Source: Acidobacteriota bacterium (GTDB taxonomy: Bacteria > Acidobacteriota > CAIWXX01). Taken from it: a DNA stretch of 64,000 nucleotides. Under the pieces are notes generated by a model. The model was not told the origin of the DNA. It did no database searches and saw nothing but the letters and a program-made list of their open reading frames with translations. Of the stretch, positions 1-9,125 are shown piece by piece; position 1 is the stretch's first letter; every line of letters starts with the position of its first letter. The DNA lies in NCBI GenBank assembly GCA_040755995.1, contig JBFMAF010000003.1:94210-158209 (forward strand), read 5' to 3'. The translations under genes and the position numbers were made by a program.

Positions 1-626
1 GGGCTGATCTTGCGGATGATGTTGTAGTATGTCTTGTCCCGATCCCACTCATTCGGCGGCTGGGCGAGCGCTGCATATACGGCTTCCTCGTCCCAGACGA
101 TTCCGGCGTTCGGATTCTGATGCTCGTGGGGGAAACCGAGCGTGTGGCCGATCTCGTGGACGGCCGTGTCGATCTCAGTCGGATCTCGGGTGAGATCCCA
201 GCCGAAGTTCATGGTCCGCTCATCACGCCCTTGACCGAGGATGTCTCTACCGACGTACGACCATGCTCCATCGCCCCGCATGAACCCAATCCTGATTTCC
301 GCGTCATCGCGCGAAGCCACTTCCTTGAGATCGAGCCCGATACCCATCTGCTTCCAGACTGCGAATGCCTGACGTACTACGTCCTTCTCCTCCTGAGTGG
401 TGGTCCACGGGCGCCACTCGCTCGTGCCGTTGGACAAGAGAACGGACTGGCCGTCGGTTGGCTTGTCGAAGAAGTAGTAGTGCAGCACGGTGCCGTTCAC
501 CCACTTCTTGGCCGTCATGAGTATTAGCCGGGCTCTCACAAGTCCGACATCAGGTCCGAAGACCCGTTCCGAAACCTGCGGCAACGAACAGTAGGAATGC
601 TTGTGTCTCGCTGCTGAATCGACCAT
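1..626 (-). CDS. M12/astacin-matrixin-like zinc metalloprotease, 3' end beyond the window edge
   Basis: Not in the ORF track. Manual translation from the ATG at 626 (GGAGG RBS upstream) gives MVDSAARHKHSYCSLPQ...KKWVNGTVLHYYFFD...EIRIGFMRGDGAWSYVG...TMNFGW...TAVHEIGHTLGFPHEHQNP..., a metzincin HExxHxxGxxH motif at about 121-160. The frame is open to position 1. No signal peptide. Confidence 0.9.
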   Translation of the reverse strand, partial: MVDSAARHKHSYCSLPQVSERVFGPDVGLVRARLILMTAKKWVNGTVLHYYFFDKPTDGQSVLLSNGTSEWRPWTTTQEEKDVVRQAFAVWKQMGIGLDLKEVASRDDAEIRIGFMRGDGAWSYVGRDILGQGRDERTMNFGWDLTRDPTEIDTAVHEIGHTLGFPHEHQNPNAGIVWDEEAVYAALAQPPNEWDRDKTYYNIIRKIS

Positions 627-721
627 CTGTCTCGACCTCCTAAATGGCGAAATCGTCTAACCCTTGTTCATGCGGCATTGATACGACGCCCTACGGGCAA
701 GCCTCAGAGCGCGCCCACTGC

Positions 722-1537
722 CTACCCCAGTACCTTCCATTTCTTCATGGACTTCGAGCCATACAGATTCGGCGTCTGCGGATATTGCTGCGAGGGCAGC
801 GCATCGCGTATGGCCCTGTACCAATCCGCGTATGTGGCGTTCGCCGGCAACGGCGAAAGGGCGCGCAGGGCCACGAACGTGAAGGCACCGTTGGGACGTC
901 CCTGGAAATAGGCGTCGTAGCTGTACTCAGTGTCCTGGCATCCCGCCATGAGGAGCGCGGCGTAGCGCCCGGGCGGGCTGGATTTGCGCATTGCACGCCG
1001 CACACCGAGCTTCGCAGCGTCGCGCTTCGCCAGAAACACAGACGGAGGCAGGAAGCGGACTTTCCGCTGGGGCGCGTGCTTTGCCTTCGTGGTTGGGGGA
1101 GTTGTGATCGGAGCGAATCTCGCCACGGTGCCGGAGTGGCAGGAATCAGAGATCATGAGGAGGTTCACGCCCTGCTGCCTTGCGCTATAGATCTCGAACA
1201 GCTCGTCGTCGGTGATTGGACCCTTGGCGCCGATGTCGTAAGGGCAGAGGCACTCATCCGTGCCGTCTGGCTCGTCACCGTCCTCATCGGGCACGAACGA
1301 CCCATGGCCGGAGTACTGAATCACGACGAGGTCGCCCGCGCTTGCACCGGTGACCGCCGCAAGCATGGCCGACCGCATCGCCTTTCCCGTGGCCTGCTGA
1401 TCGAACAGCTGCTTCACGGCGAATCCTCGGTTCGAGAGTGCCTTGGCCCAGTCGTTCGCGTCGTTGACGCATCCGGCAAGGTCACTGTTGGTTCCAGGGT
1501 AGTTGTTGATCCCCATGCACAATGCATACTTAGCCAT
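722..1537 (-). CDS. Caspase-family (peptidase C14, metacaspase-like) cysteine protease
   Basis: KYALCMGINNY...LAGCVNDA N-terminus, catalytic YSGHG and DSCHSG motifs, C-terminal GAFT region; AAGGAG RBS. Confidence 0.95.
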   Translation of the reverse strand: MAKYALCMGINNYPGTNSDLAGCVNDANDWAKALSNRGFAVKQLFDQQATGKAMRSAMLAAVTGASAGDLVVIQYSGHGSFVPDEDGDEPDGTDECLCPYDIGAKGPITDDELFEIYSARQQGVNLLMISDSCHSGTVARFAPITTPPTTKAKHAPQRKVRFLPPSVFLAKRDAAKLGVRRAMRKSSPPGRYAALLMAGCQDTEYSYDAYFQGRPNGAFTFVALRALSPLPANATYADWYRAIRDALPSQQYPQTPNLYGSKSMKKWKVLG

Positions 1538-1589
1538 GTCTTGTTCTCCTTTCTCTGAAAGCCGATAATCTTGTTCACCCGGGGAACTG

Positions 1590-1928
1590 CTAGCCGCCGG
1601 CTGCCGAATTGACGGCGGGCTTGGGCGCTTTGAGCCTTGCCAGGCGCTCGGTCGCGGTCTCCTGCACGATCATGCCCTGCTCCATCAGAACCCCGAGCGT
1701 GAAGAGGTAGGTTCCCAGGTCCCTGACGATTGCGTCCCGCACCGCGGCGAGAACGGGGGAGACGATCAGGAGAGATAGCGGGATCCCGAGCAGGAGCTGC
1801 TTCCGGAGCGGCGGGCTGTTGGGCCCCGGCATCGCTTTCTTTCGAACGATGATGCCGGCGAAGTACGCGAGGAACGGCACTGCCAGAACAAGGACGTTCA
1901 GAAGGAGGAAGCTGGGTTGGACGCCCAT
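1590..1928 (-). CDS. Small integral membrane protein (2-3 TM helices), unknown function
   Basis: 112 aa with hydrophobic stretches; starts 4 nt after the upstream stop and has a GGAGG RBS. Confidence 0.75.
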   Translation of the reverse strand: MGVQPSFLLLNVLVLAVPFLAYFAGIIVRKKAMPGPNSPPLRKQLLLGIPLSLLIVSPVLAAVRDAIVRDLGTYLFTLGVLMEQGMIVQETATERLARLKAPKPAVNSAAGG

Positions 1929-1932
1929 GGCA

Positions 1933-2310
1933 CTATTCCTCCTTCCTCGGGCTGGCCTTCAGGGTCATCTCAGCGTCCTTCTTGCCCAGGTACACCCAGC
2001 CGGCCTTCTTCTCATTCGAGTCGGCCGGATCAGTCAGTTCTACCTTCAGCCACTGGTAGTCGCCAAAAAGGGTCCGGACGGGTGCAACCTCAGTCGCCTT
2101 GAGGACCGTGCCTTTGGGGACGGTCCCGATCTGATCGCCCGGGAGGTAGAAGAGACCCGACGGGTGCTTGCCTTGTCCGGCCAGTCTGATCAGCGTGTTG
2201 TCGAACAGGTCCCTGTCGACGACCATGCGAATCGCATCGAACTTCACGTATCGCATGGCCGCCTGCGGATCGGGCGGGTCCAGCGTCTTGTCGAGTCGTT
2301 CGATCGCCAT
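1933..2310 (-). CDS. Small protein with SH3b-like signature
   Basis: IGTVPKGTVLKATEV...YQWLKVE...GWVY resembles bacterial SH3; purine-rich RBS before MAIERL. Confidence 0.6.
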   Translation of the reverse strand: MAIERLDKTLDPPDPQAAMRYVKFDAIRMVVDRDLFDNTLIRLAGQGKHPSGLFYLPGDQIGTVPKGTVLKATEVAPVRTLFGDYQWLKVELTDPADSNEKKAGWVYLGKKDAEMTLKASPRKEE

Positions 2311-2489
2311 AGCCTTCCCCCTCGTCAGACTAAGTGTCATGACCAGGTCATTATCTTGGCCCCAGGGCGAGAGAATAGGTCAGCCTGGGGGTACGCTTCT
2401 GGCGTGCCGAGCAGCGCGACCCGCACGACCAACACCGAGCTGCACAGCGACCTCAGTTCGTTCATCGCACATTTCCTCCGTCCACCACC

Positions 2490-4130
2490 TCATTGATTCT
2501 CATCCGCCCCATGAAACAGCGAGCTGCCCTGGAGAGTCCGGCCGACGCAAGCGAGGGCCCCGGATTCGACTACGGACTTCGCGGCGAGCTGGCCGATACG
2601 ATCCGACAGCCGGGATAGCTTTGTGGCGAACTCATCATGTTTGACTGCCACCTCGGTGGCAAGATCGGTGACTGCTGCAGGCCGTACCGCGGCCGAGGAC
2701 GACCGAAAAGCGTCAGCCAGAGATTGGCAGGAACGGATCATGAAACGGTTCGCCGAGGACACAGTGTCCCATAGGGCGGCTTGGGTATCTTCGCCATCGG
2801 AGTAAAAGCGGCGCAGGGCCGCCGCCTGGAGGTGAACCCAGCGACTGAGTGTCATCACCCCACCGTCCCCGTGCATCCACAGCCTGAAGGCATCTGACAG
2901 CGCCCGGAAATACTCATCCAGCAGGCCGTCCCGAAAAGCGTAGTCTTCGTATGGGGATGTCCCTCGAAGACGCTTCAGTTTCCTGAGCTCTTCGTCGATT
3001 CTCGTTCCGGCCAACGGCAGCATCTTTCCGAGTGAGACAGCAGCAGAACCGTCTCCGCAGAGGGACTCCAGGAAGCCCAGGTTCTCTCTGACCGTGTCAA
3101 ACGTACTGTCGGGGTCGAAGAGCATGAATCCGAACTCGTACGCCATCCCGAGTTTCTTCAGGGTTCTCACCGCCGCAAGGTTGGTTTCGGGGCTGATCTG
3201 TTTCCTCATCAGTTCAAGCCCGGCACGAGTGCCGGACTCGATACCCAAGTAGACCATGCCGAGGCCATGCTCCATCATGAGAGAGATGTTCGCCTCGTCA
3301 ACCTCGTTGGGCCGACAACTGACCTTCCAGAGCAGGCTGTGCTGCAATCCGGCGGTCCTCAGGGCTCCACAGAAGGCCTCAAGCCAGGCCCTGCCGGGTC
3401 TCCCTCCCATCGGGAAGTCATCGTCCTGGAACAAGAAGACGGCGCAGCCTGATTCTTCGTAGTGTAGCTGCATCTCCCTGACCACATACTCTGGTTGCCT
3501 GATCCGCTTGACCTTCCCCGGGGGTTGGGCATAGAAACTCCTGATGCTGCAGAAGCTGCAGTTGTAGTAGCAGCCCCTTCCCGCCAGGATGTTGACGATC
3601 TTTCTGCCCAGAACCTCCGGCCGCGTGACTTTTCGGACAGGCAGTGGGAACTTGTCCAGATTGTCCGCCAACGGCCTCAAGCCGGTGCAGCGCACCTGGT
3701 CGGCGTCTCTATAGGCTATGCCCGTCACATGCTTCCAGTCCCGCCCGTCGCGTATCGCTTCTGACAGTTCCGCGAAGGTATGTTCGCCTTCGAACAGCAC
3801 GACCGAATCCAGTTGAGGAGCCAGATACAGGAGTTCCTTGTATCGGAAGCTGGGGTAATGTCCTCCCGCACAGAAGTGGCACTCAAGTCCGCCCTCTCTC
3901 AGGTAAGTCATCAGATTCCGGAACTCGTCCAGGTGGTATTGAAATACAATCGAGAAGCCGGTGATCAGGGGCCGTGGGTTCAGGAGGCTCTCCAGAATCG
4001 TGGGGAAGGGCTCTCTCATGTCAACCAGGGTGATGGCGAATCCCTTTTCCAGAAGGATCGAGGCGATGTACCCTACCCCCAAGTTGTCATGGTCGAGATA
4101 GGCAACAAACGCAATCTGATTGCTTGACAT
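2490..4130 (-). CDS. Cobalamin-binding radical SAM enzyme (class B methyltransferase-like)
   Basis: N-terminal B12-binding region (NLGVGYIAS, GFS, AGGHYPS, EGE), RGCYYNCSFC CxxxCxxC motif, FQDDDF, LGIESG, GFMLFDP. Confidence 0.93.
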   Translation of the reverse strand: MSSNQIAFVAYLDHDNLGVGYIASILLEKGFAITLVDMREPFPTILESLLNPRPLITGFSIVFQYHLDEFRNLMTYLREGGLECHFCAGGHYPSFRYKELLYLAPQLDSVVLFEGEHTFAELSEAIRDGRDWKHVTGIAYRDADQVRCTGLRPLADNLDKFPLPVRKVTRPEVLGRKIVNILAGRGCYYNCSFCSIRSFYAQPPGKVKRIRQPEYVVREMQLHYEESGCAVFLFQDDDFPMGGRPGRAWLEAFCGALRTAGLQHSLLWKVSCRPNEVDEANISLMMEHGLGMVYLGIESGTRAGLELMRKQISPETNLAAVRTLKKLGMAYEFGFMLFDPDSTFDTVRENLGFLESLCGDGSAAVSLGKMLPLAGTRIDEELRKLKRLRGTSPYEDYAFRDGLLDEYFRALSDAFRLWMHGDGGVMTLSRWVHLQAAALRRFYSDGEDTQAALWDTVSSANRFMIRSCQSLADAFRSSSAAVRPAAVTDLATEVAVKHDEFATKLSRLSDRIGQLAAKSVVESGALACVGRTLQGSSLFHGADENQ

Positions 4131-4242
4131 CGGACCACCCATCGCGTGTCTTGCGGCGGGCTGCGCATGGCAAGACCACTACGTTTTCCGAAAACCCCGA
4201 GATCAGACTCCACATGCCCTCCCCTTGGGGGGCACACGGAGC

Positions 4243-4497
4243 CTAGCGCCCCAGGCCCTCGATCAGCTTCTGCATCTCCACAAGCGCTTCCCTCTCAAGT
4301 TTCAAGCGTTCCATGTCGACGGCGATCATCTTCTCTTGGAACCTCAGGCCTACTGCCGCCACCTGTATCAGCTGCTTCACGTCGAGCTTTCGATAGAGCT
4401 CCGGCACCGGATCCGCAATCTCCATGAGTCGAGTGTGGAACGGAGAAACCACGCGGACATTCTCCATTCTCGGAAGGGTCAAATCGTCGGCTCCCAT
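4243..4497 (-). CDS. 84-aa peptide with an IADPVP motif and helical C-terminus; candidate radical SAM substrate or precursor
   Basis: Strong GAAAGGAG RBS before ATG at 4497; co-oriented and directly upstream of the B12 radical SAM gene. Confidence 0.7.
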   Translation of the reverse strand: MGADDLTLPRMENVRVVSPFHTRLMEIADPVPELYRKLDVKQLIQVAAVGLRFQEKMIAVDMERLKLEREALVEMQKLIEGLGR

Positions 4498-4970
4498 AAC
4501 GGCTCCTTTCACCTGTCGCAGCCCGCCGGCAAGGTGTTCAGCCAGGCTCCGGGGTCGGTCCAGCCTGGCAGCGATCGCATCAATTCCAACATCTCCCCCT
4601 ACCTAATGAAGTGTGGTCACGCCTTCGATATCTTGGCGTCCACCGACGAGATAGCGAGGTGCCCGTAGCTCGCAAGACGTGGCGGCCGATGCTGCAAGCT
4701 TGCGGACAGTCCCCACAGGCATCGTTGGGATCTCCTGTCCATGATCGAGAGTGGACCTCGACCACACCTGGCGATCGACCGGTGTCCTGTGCGCCGCACC
4801 TGTGTCGTTGTCTTGCGCGGCTGGTCTGCCTGGTGGTACAACACGCCGTTCCCGCCGTGTGATGAAATGATGTTCCAGACCATCGCGCTCAGGCCCAACA
4901 GGTGAAACAGGATTCCCCACGACGGTCTGTCATCCATTCCGATTCTCCTCTCGGTCACACAATTCGATCG

Positions 4971-6068
4971 CTACGTGCACTTGTCCGGCGGCTTGCAGAC
5001 CTTGCACGGGGTATATCCCTTGTCGAGAGCCTCACACACGGTAGTCTTGATCTTGCTCTCGCTCAGATATCGACAGCTGCCGCGATGATACTTGTCCCCG
5101 GTCTCGGTGATGTAGACAGTCTCGTCCTTCAAATGCCCTTTGTAGATGTGCCTCACGCCGTCGAAGGAAACGCTGAACGTGCCCCATCCGGAGGTGGTGA
5201 TGACGATGTCAGTCTCGGTCACCCAGCCTGAACGGGATGGGAGCTCGCCGCCAGATCCCTCCTCGGTGAGGTACATCTTGCATCTCGCCTCCGCCAACCG
5301 ATCCAGGACGCCTTGAGCAGGATGCCCATATGAGTTCGGCCCCACCAGGATGATCCCCACCGGCGGTTTGAGCGTGTCCACGAATGCCTGGTTCGTCGCG
5401 TGTGAGCTCCCGTGATGGTTAGCCTTGAACGCGTCCCTCAGACCAACCACCGGCGCAAGCGGGGTTTCCAGGTCGAGGCCGGATGTGCTGTCGCCCCCGC
5501 AATCGCCGCCGGTGAAATAACGGAACTTCCCGAAGCTCAGGATGAAGGCCAGACACAGGTCGTTCTCACCGCGAGCGGAGCCCACCGGACCGTAGTTGAG
5601 GACAGACCCGTTGGCGGCGACGCACTGCAGGGTGACGCCGCCTCCGAGCGTGATCTTCTTGCCGAGAATCATCATCATCCGACCGGCGGCCCTCGCCGCG
5701 GCCGCATAGTCATGGTAGGCGTCAGTCCCACTGGGAGGCGGCGTGGTGCCGCGATCGTAGACTGTCCCCACTCTCGCGACTCCCAGCCCGTAGATAACCT
5801 CATCCAGGCCGCCGACGTGGTCCGCGTCATAGTGGCTTGCCACGATGTACTGCAGCCGTTTGACACCAAGGGTTCGAATGTAAGGGAGGACGTGACCAAC
5901 CCCCTTCCCGCTGCTGCCTGCATCGATCAGCATGTTCTTGCCAGTTGGCGAGGTGATCAGTGTTGCGTCTCCTTGCCCGACATCCATGTGGTGGATATAG
6001 AGATCCTCCGCGACGCTTGTTCCACCAAGAACGAAGCCCGTCAGAACGACAATGCCTATCTTCCTCAT
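4971..6068 (-). CDS. Secreted ComEC/Rec2-like metallo-beta-lactamase-fold hydrolase with a C-terminal Ada-like metal-binding domain
   Basis: Signal peptide MRKIGIVVLTGFVLGGTSVA; DVGQGDA, IDAG, SHYDADH, GGD, HHGS, YGHP motifs; C-terminal VYITETGDKYH..SC...GYTPCKVC; GGAGGAG RBS. Confidence 0.88.
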   Translation of the reverse strand: MRKIGIVVLTGFVLGGTSVAEDLYIHHMDVGQGDATLITSPTGKNMLIDAGSSGKGVGHVLPYIRTLGVKRLQYIVASHYDADHVGGLDEVIYGLGVARVGTVYDRGTTPPPSGTDAYHDYAAAARAAGRMMMILGKKITLGGGVTLQCVAANGSVLNYGPVGSARGENDLCLAFILSFGKFRYFTGGDCGGDSTSGLDLETPLAPVVGLRDAFKANHHGSSHATNQAFVDTLKPPVGIILVGPNSYGHPAQGVLDRLAEARCKMYLTEEGSGGELPSRSGWVTETDIVITTSGWGTFSVSFDGVRHIYKGHLKDETVYITETGDKYHRGSCRYLSESKIKTTVCEALDKGYTPCKVCKPPDKCT

Positions 6069-6175
6069 TGCATCTCCTCCCCACGATCCGCTGTTCGGAT
6101 CATGTACAGCCTGCGCCATCAGCCGGCGCCCCACAGCCGATCGAAAGCCGCCCGGATTTCAGACGACAATGTCCA

Positions 6176-8080
6176 CTACTCCCCTCGCCCTATTAGTGTC
6201 ATCACCGGCCGCGTGCCTTGGACTCCGTGAGAAATGGCAGCCCCGGCGGAACCCGTGGTTTGGAGATGCCAGAGCAAGGGGTTGCCGTTTTGAGCCAGGT
6301 AGATCCATGCGGTTGGGGAGACGCCGGGCATGGTGGTGGTCCACGGAGCGACCGTGCCGCCGTACCAGTTGTCGCAGCCGCTCGGGAAGGAACCGTCGCT
6401 CCTCTGCAGGGGGTATAGCTGGCGAAGAACGTAGTTCGCACCAAGGATTCCTGCCGCCGCTGCCTGAGCACTGGCTTCGACCGACACCGTCCACGGCCCG
6501 GCGATGTCGCCATAGCCGTAGACGATCCTTCGAGCCGGATTGTTCTTGTCGAATGACTGGGTTCTGAGGAGCGTGGCGGCAAACCCCTGCGAGGACAGCG
6601 CGTCGGCTTCCCTGCCAGCCAGACGCAAGAGCTCAACACCCCAGCTCCCAGCCGTATCCATGGCTGTTCCAAAGTCGTTCGGTCCTGCCCCGATCTTCAT
6701 GCGCTTCAGGACGCTGTCCCACCCATAATTGAGGATGCTCTGCGAAAGCCGTCGCGCGTCCGCATCCCTCCCGGCTGCAATCAGTCCAAAGTAGGTGGAG
6801 ATGTTCCCCTCGAGCCCTTGCGTCACGAGCTTGGGGTAGTCCTTTACGCGTCCGACCTGTCTCACCATCCAGCTTCCCGCCTTGATGATTGCCTTGTTGA
6901 GACTCGCTGGACTCGGATGCATCTTCGCGTCTCTCAGACGGTCGAGCGCCACGACACACCACGCCGTGTTGCCGATCCATTGACAGCGATCAATGTCCCC
7001 GGTCTGCGTCTCGTTTCCGGTGCAGCTGGAGTCGACCGGCACGACCTGCTTCTCTTCGTCCAGCGTGTAGCCGGTGAACCACGCCCCGGCGTTCTTCTTG
7101 CCAGAGATCTGAAGCCTGAGCAGCTCATCTGCAAGATCGTTTGCGGCGTCTCTGAACGCTGTATCTCCGGTGCGCCCGTACTCATCGACGAAGACCAGAA
7201 GCGCAAGTGCCTCCGAATACGTGTTGTAGTTCGGGTAGGCGGGATCATTCGTGTCAAACCACGCCGGTACCAGACCATTGTCAGCATCCTGCTGTCTCAG
7301 GATCGCCTTCGCCGTGGATCCCCGAAGATCCGGATTGGCGATCACGGGCTCGAACGAGGTCTCGACAAGCCTGTGCTTGGAACCGGGACGAAGGTCAACC
7401 GCGGCGAGCTCGTCCAGGTACAGAATGCCGCTGTCCGACCCCGGCTCGCACTCTTTGCCGTCGCGAATGCAGCGGGCGATCGCCAGCTGGATCTCCGTGA
7501 TGGAGGAAGTGTCGAGTGGTGGAGCTTTCTCGCAGACTGACGACTCTCCGAAGCACTGGAACTCGCGGAGATCCACGTACATGGGCCGCCACACCCGTAG
7601 ATCCAGCACGCTCTCCGCCGAGATCCAATACAGACGTCCACTGCCGTCCTTCAGCTTGATCTGCAGATTGTGGTGGGTGTCCGTCGTCGAGTTTTTGAAA
7701 GATAGGCGCAGGTGGTCGTAGCCGGTCAGGTCCAGGGGACTGTCATGCGGGAAGGAACGGTAGATCACCAGCCAATCGCCATCATCGAGGTCGTAGCGGA
7801 CGGCCATGGACTTCCCCGAGCATCCGGCTGAACTGGTCAGCTTAGGCGGTGGGACGCCTTCATCGGAGCAACAGAACGACCAAACCGCGGGCTTCTCGAA
7901 GCCATCGATCACCAGATCGATGCGGCCGTCCTTACAGGCATTGGGCCACAGCGAGGGCGCCGCGACAGAGTCGGCTCCGGGTGGGGCGGGGACTGGGAGC
8001 ACACAAACGAGCGCGAATGCGCTCACCGGGATCAGCGATCTGCGGTCCACGCTTCTGCCACGCGCTGCTATGGATCTCAT
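6176..8080 (-). CDS. Secreted protein with a carbohydrate-binding-like N-domain and a helical, possibly alpha/alpha-toroid, C-domain
   Basis: Long ORF with a hydrophobic N-terminus; IDGFE...PLDLTGYDHLRLSFK...LQIKLKD...WRPMYVDLREF...LDTSSITEIQL...GILYLDEL resembles CBM11/CIA30-type domains. Start is uncertain. Confidence 0.6.
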   Translation of the reverse strand: MRSIAARGRSVDRRSLIPVSAFALVCVLPVPAPPGADSVAAPSLWPNACKDGRIDLVIDGFEKPAVWSFCCSDEGVPPPKLTSSAGCSGKSMAVRYDLDDGDWLVIYRSFPHDSPLDLTGYDHLRLSFKNSTTDTHHNLQIKLKDGSGRLYWISAESVLDLRVWRPMYVDLREFQCFGESSVCEKAPPLDTSSITEIQLAIARCIRDGKECEPGSDSGILYLDELAAVDLRPGSKHRLVETSFEPVIANPDLRGSTAKAILRQQDADNGLVPAWFDTNDPAYPNYNTYSEALALLVFVDEYGRTGDTAFRDAANDLADELLRLQISGKKNAGAWFTGYTLDEEKQVVPVDSSCTGNETQTGDIDRCQWIGNTAWCVVALDRLRDAKMHPSPASLNKAIIKAGSWMVRQVGRVKDYPKLVTQGLEGNISTYFGLIAAGRDADARRLSQSILNYGWDSVLKRMKIGAGPNDFGTAMDTAGSWGVELLRLAGREADALSSQGFAATLLRTQSFDKNNPARRIVYGYGDIAGPWTVSVEASAQAAAAGILGANYVLRQLYPLQRSDGSFPSGCDNWYGGTVAPWTTTMPGVSPTAWIYLAQNGNPLLWHLQTTGSAGAAISHGVQGTRPVMTLIGRGE

Positions 8081-8299
8081 GTGGCGGAACCTCCTTTCAT
8101 CCAGGTATGCCGTGTACCCCTCTGAACAACCACTGTCTCGTAGTAGGGTCACTTCGGGTGCATTACTCAACCTCGGTTCTTGCCTTGCAGCGAGCCTCCC
8201 GATTCCACTCAGGTGCGTGGCAACCTCCATCTCACAGTCTGCCACGGCGTGATCGGAGCCCAACCAGCACCGGCTACTTGGCCAAGTCTACTCCCCGGG

Positions 8300-9013
8300 C
8301 TATTTCTTTGGATCCTTGCACACTTCCTTCGCGTGCTCTATCGCGTCGCCGTGGCTCTCCCCTCGGTCGCGCTCGTGGTCATACGTCTCCTTGACGCATT
8401 CTCTCTCGCGGTCGGCCTTGTCCGGCTTGTCTTTGTCAGGCTTCTCTTCTGGCATTGTGTTCTCCTTTCCTCTTCTATCGTGCATCGGCCATTCGGCAAC
8501 TTGCAGATGGCTGGTTGGGGGATGCGGGATCAAGCGCAGGTTTCCGTCGGCATAAAGGACCAGAAACTGCGGCCATGAGTCCTCTCCGCTCAGCTTCTTC
8601 GATACTGCGAGGTAGTGAGTGTCCTCCAGGGAAGGACCCCCAACACTGGAGGCAGTCATTCCCTGCGGCCGCCAGAAACTGGATTCCCGATAAGCCCATA
8701 CCACCCAAGTCCCGTCGTCGTGAAGCTTGAGCTGCGCGGGCGTGAAGTTGTAGCTGTCGCCCGAGGGGGGCGGGCAGTTGGTGGAATTCGGAGGGCAATC
8801 ATATGTCGTCACTGCATACGCTGGATGCGTCGCCTCGATCACGAATCTCGACGACACACCTCGAAGCGCCATGTTAACGTTGTCCTCCTCCGCGCACAGG
8901 GTGGCTACGGAGTTGTTCCGGAGCTCCACGCAGGCCTCTTCACAGAAGCATGGATCTGAGAGCAGCCATCCGACGGTCAGATACGCTAGCAGTAATCTTG
9001 ACTTCGCTAGCAT
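8300..9013 (-). CDS. Secreted hypothetical protein, apparently truncated and read in-frame into a separate 51-aa ORF (8300-8455)
   Basis: Signal-peptide-like start and CAEEDNVN motif; an internal AGAGGAAAGGAG RBS precedes ATG at 8455, where composition switches to highly charged. Confidence 0.55.
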   Translation of the reverse strand: MLAKSRLLLAYLTVGWLLSDPCFCEEACVELRNNSVATLCAEEDNVNMALRGVSSRFVIEATHPAYAVTTYDCPPNSTNCPPPSGDSYNFTPAQLKLHDDGTWVVWAYRESSFWRPQGMTASSVGGPSLEDTHYLAVSKKLSGEDSWPQFLVLYADGNLRLIPHPPTSHLQVAEWPMHDRRGKENTMPEEKPDKDKPDKADRERECVKETYDHERDRGESHGDAIEHAKEVCKDPKK

Positions 9014-9125
9014 GGTCTTGTCTCCTTCGCGATCTCGTTCCCTCCGGTCCCACTGAACCCCTCACCGATTAAGTGCCTCTACATCACCAGAATCTTGGAA
9101 ACATTCGACACGACGACACGAATCC

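Noticed and set aside
1590..2310. Gasdermin as the caspase partner
   Set aside because: The neighbouring proteins are far too short and lack gasdermin-like features.
4580..4958. Short ORFs between the ComEC-like gene and the peptide gene
   Set aside because: No motifs or convincing coding character; treated as intergenic, although a small gene or RNA cannot be excluded.
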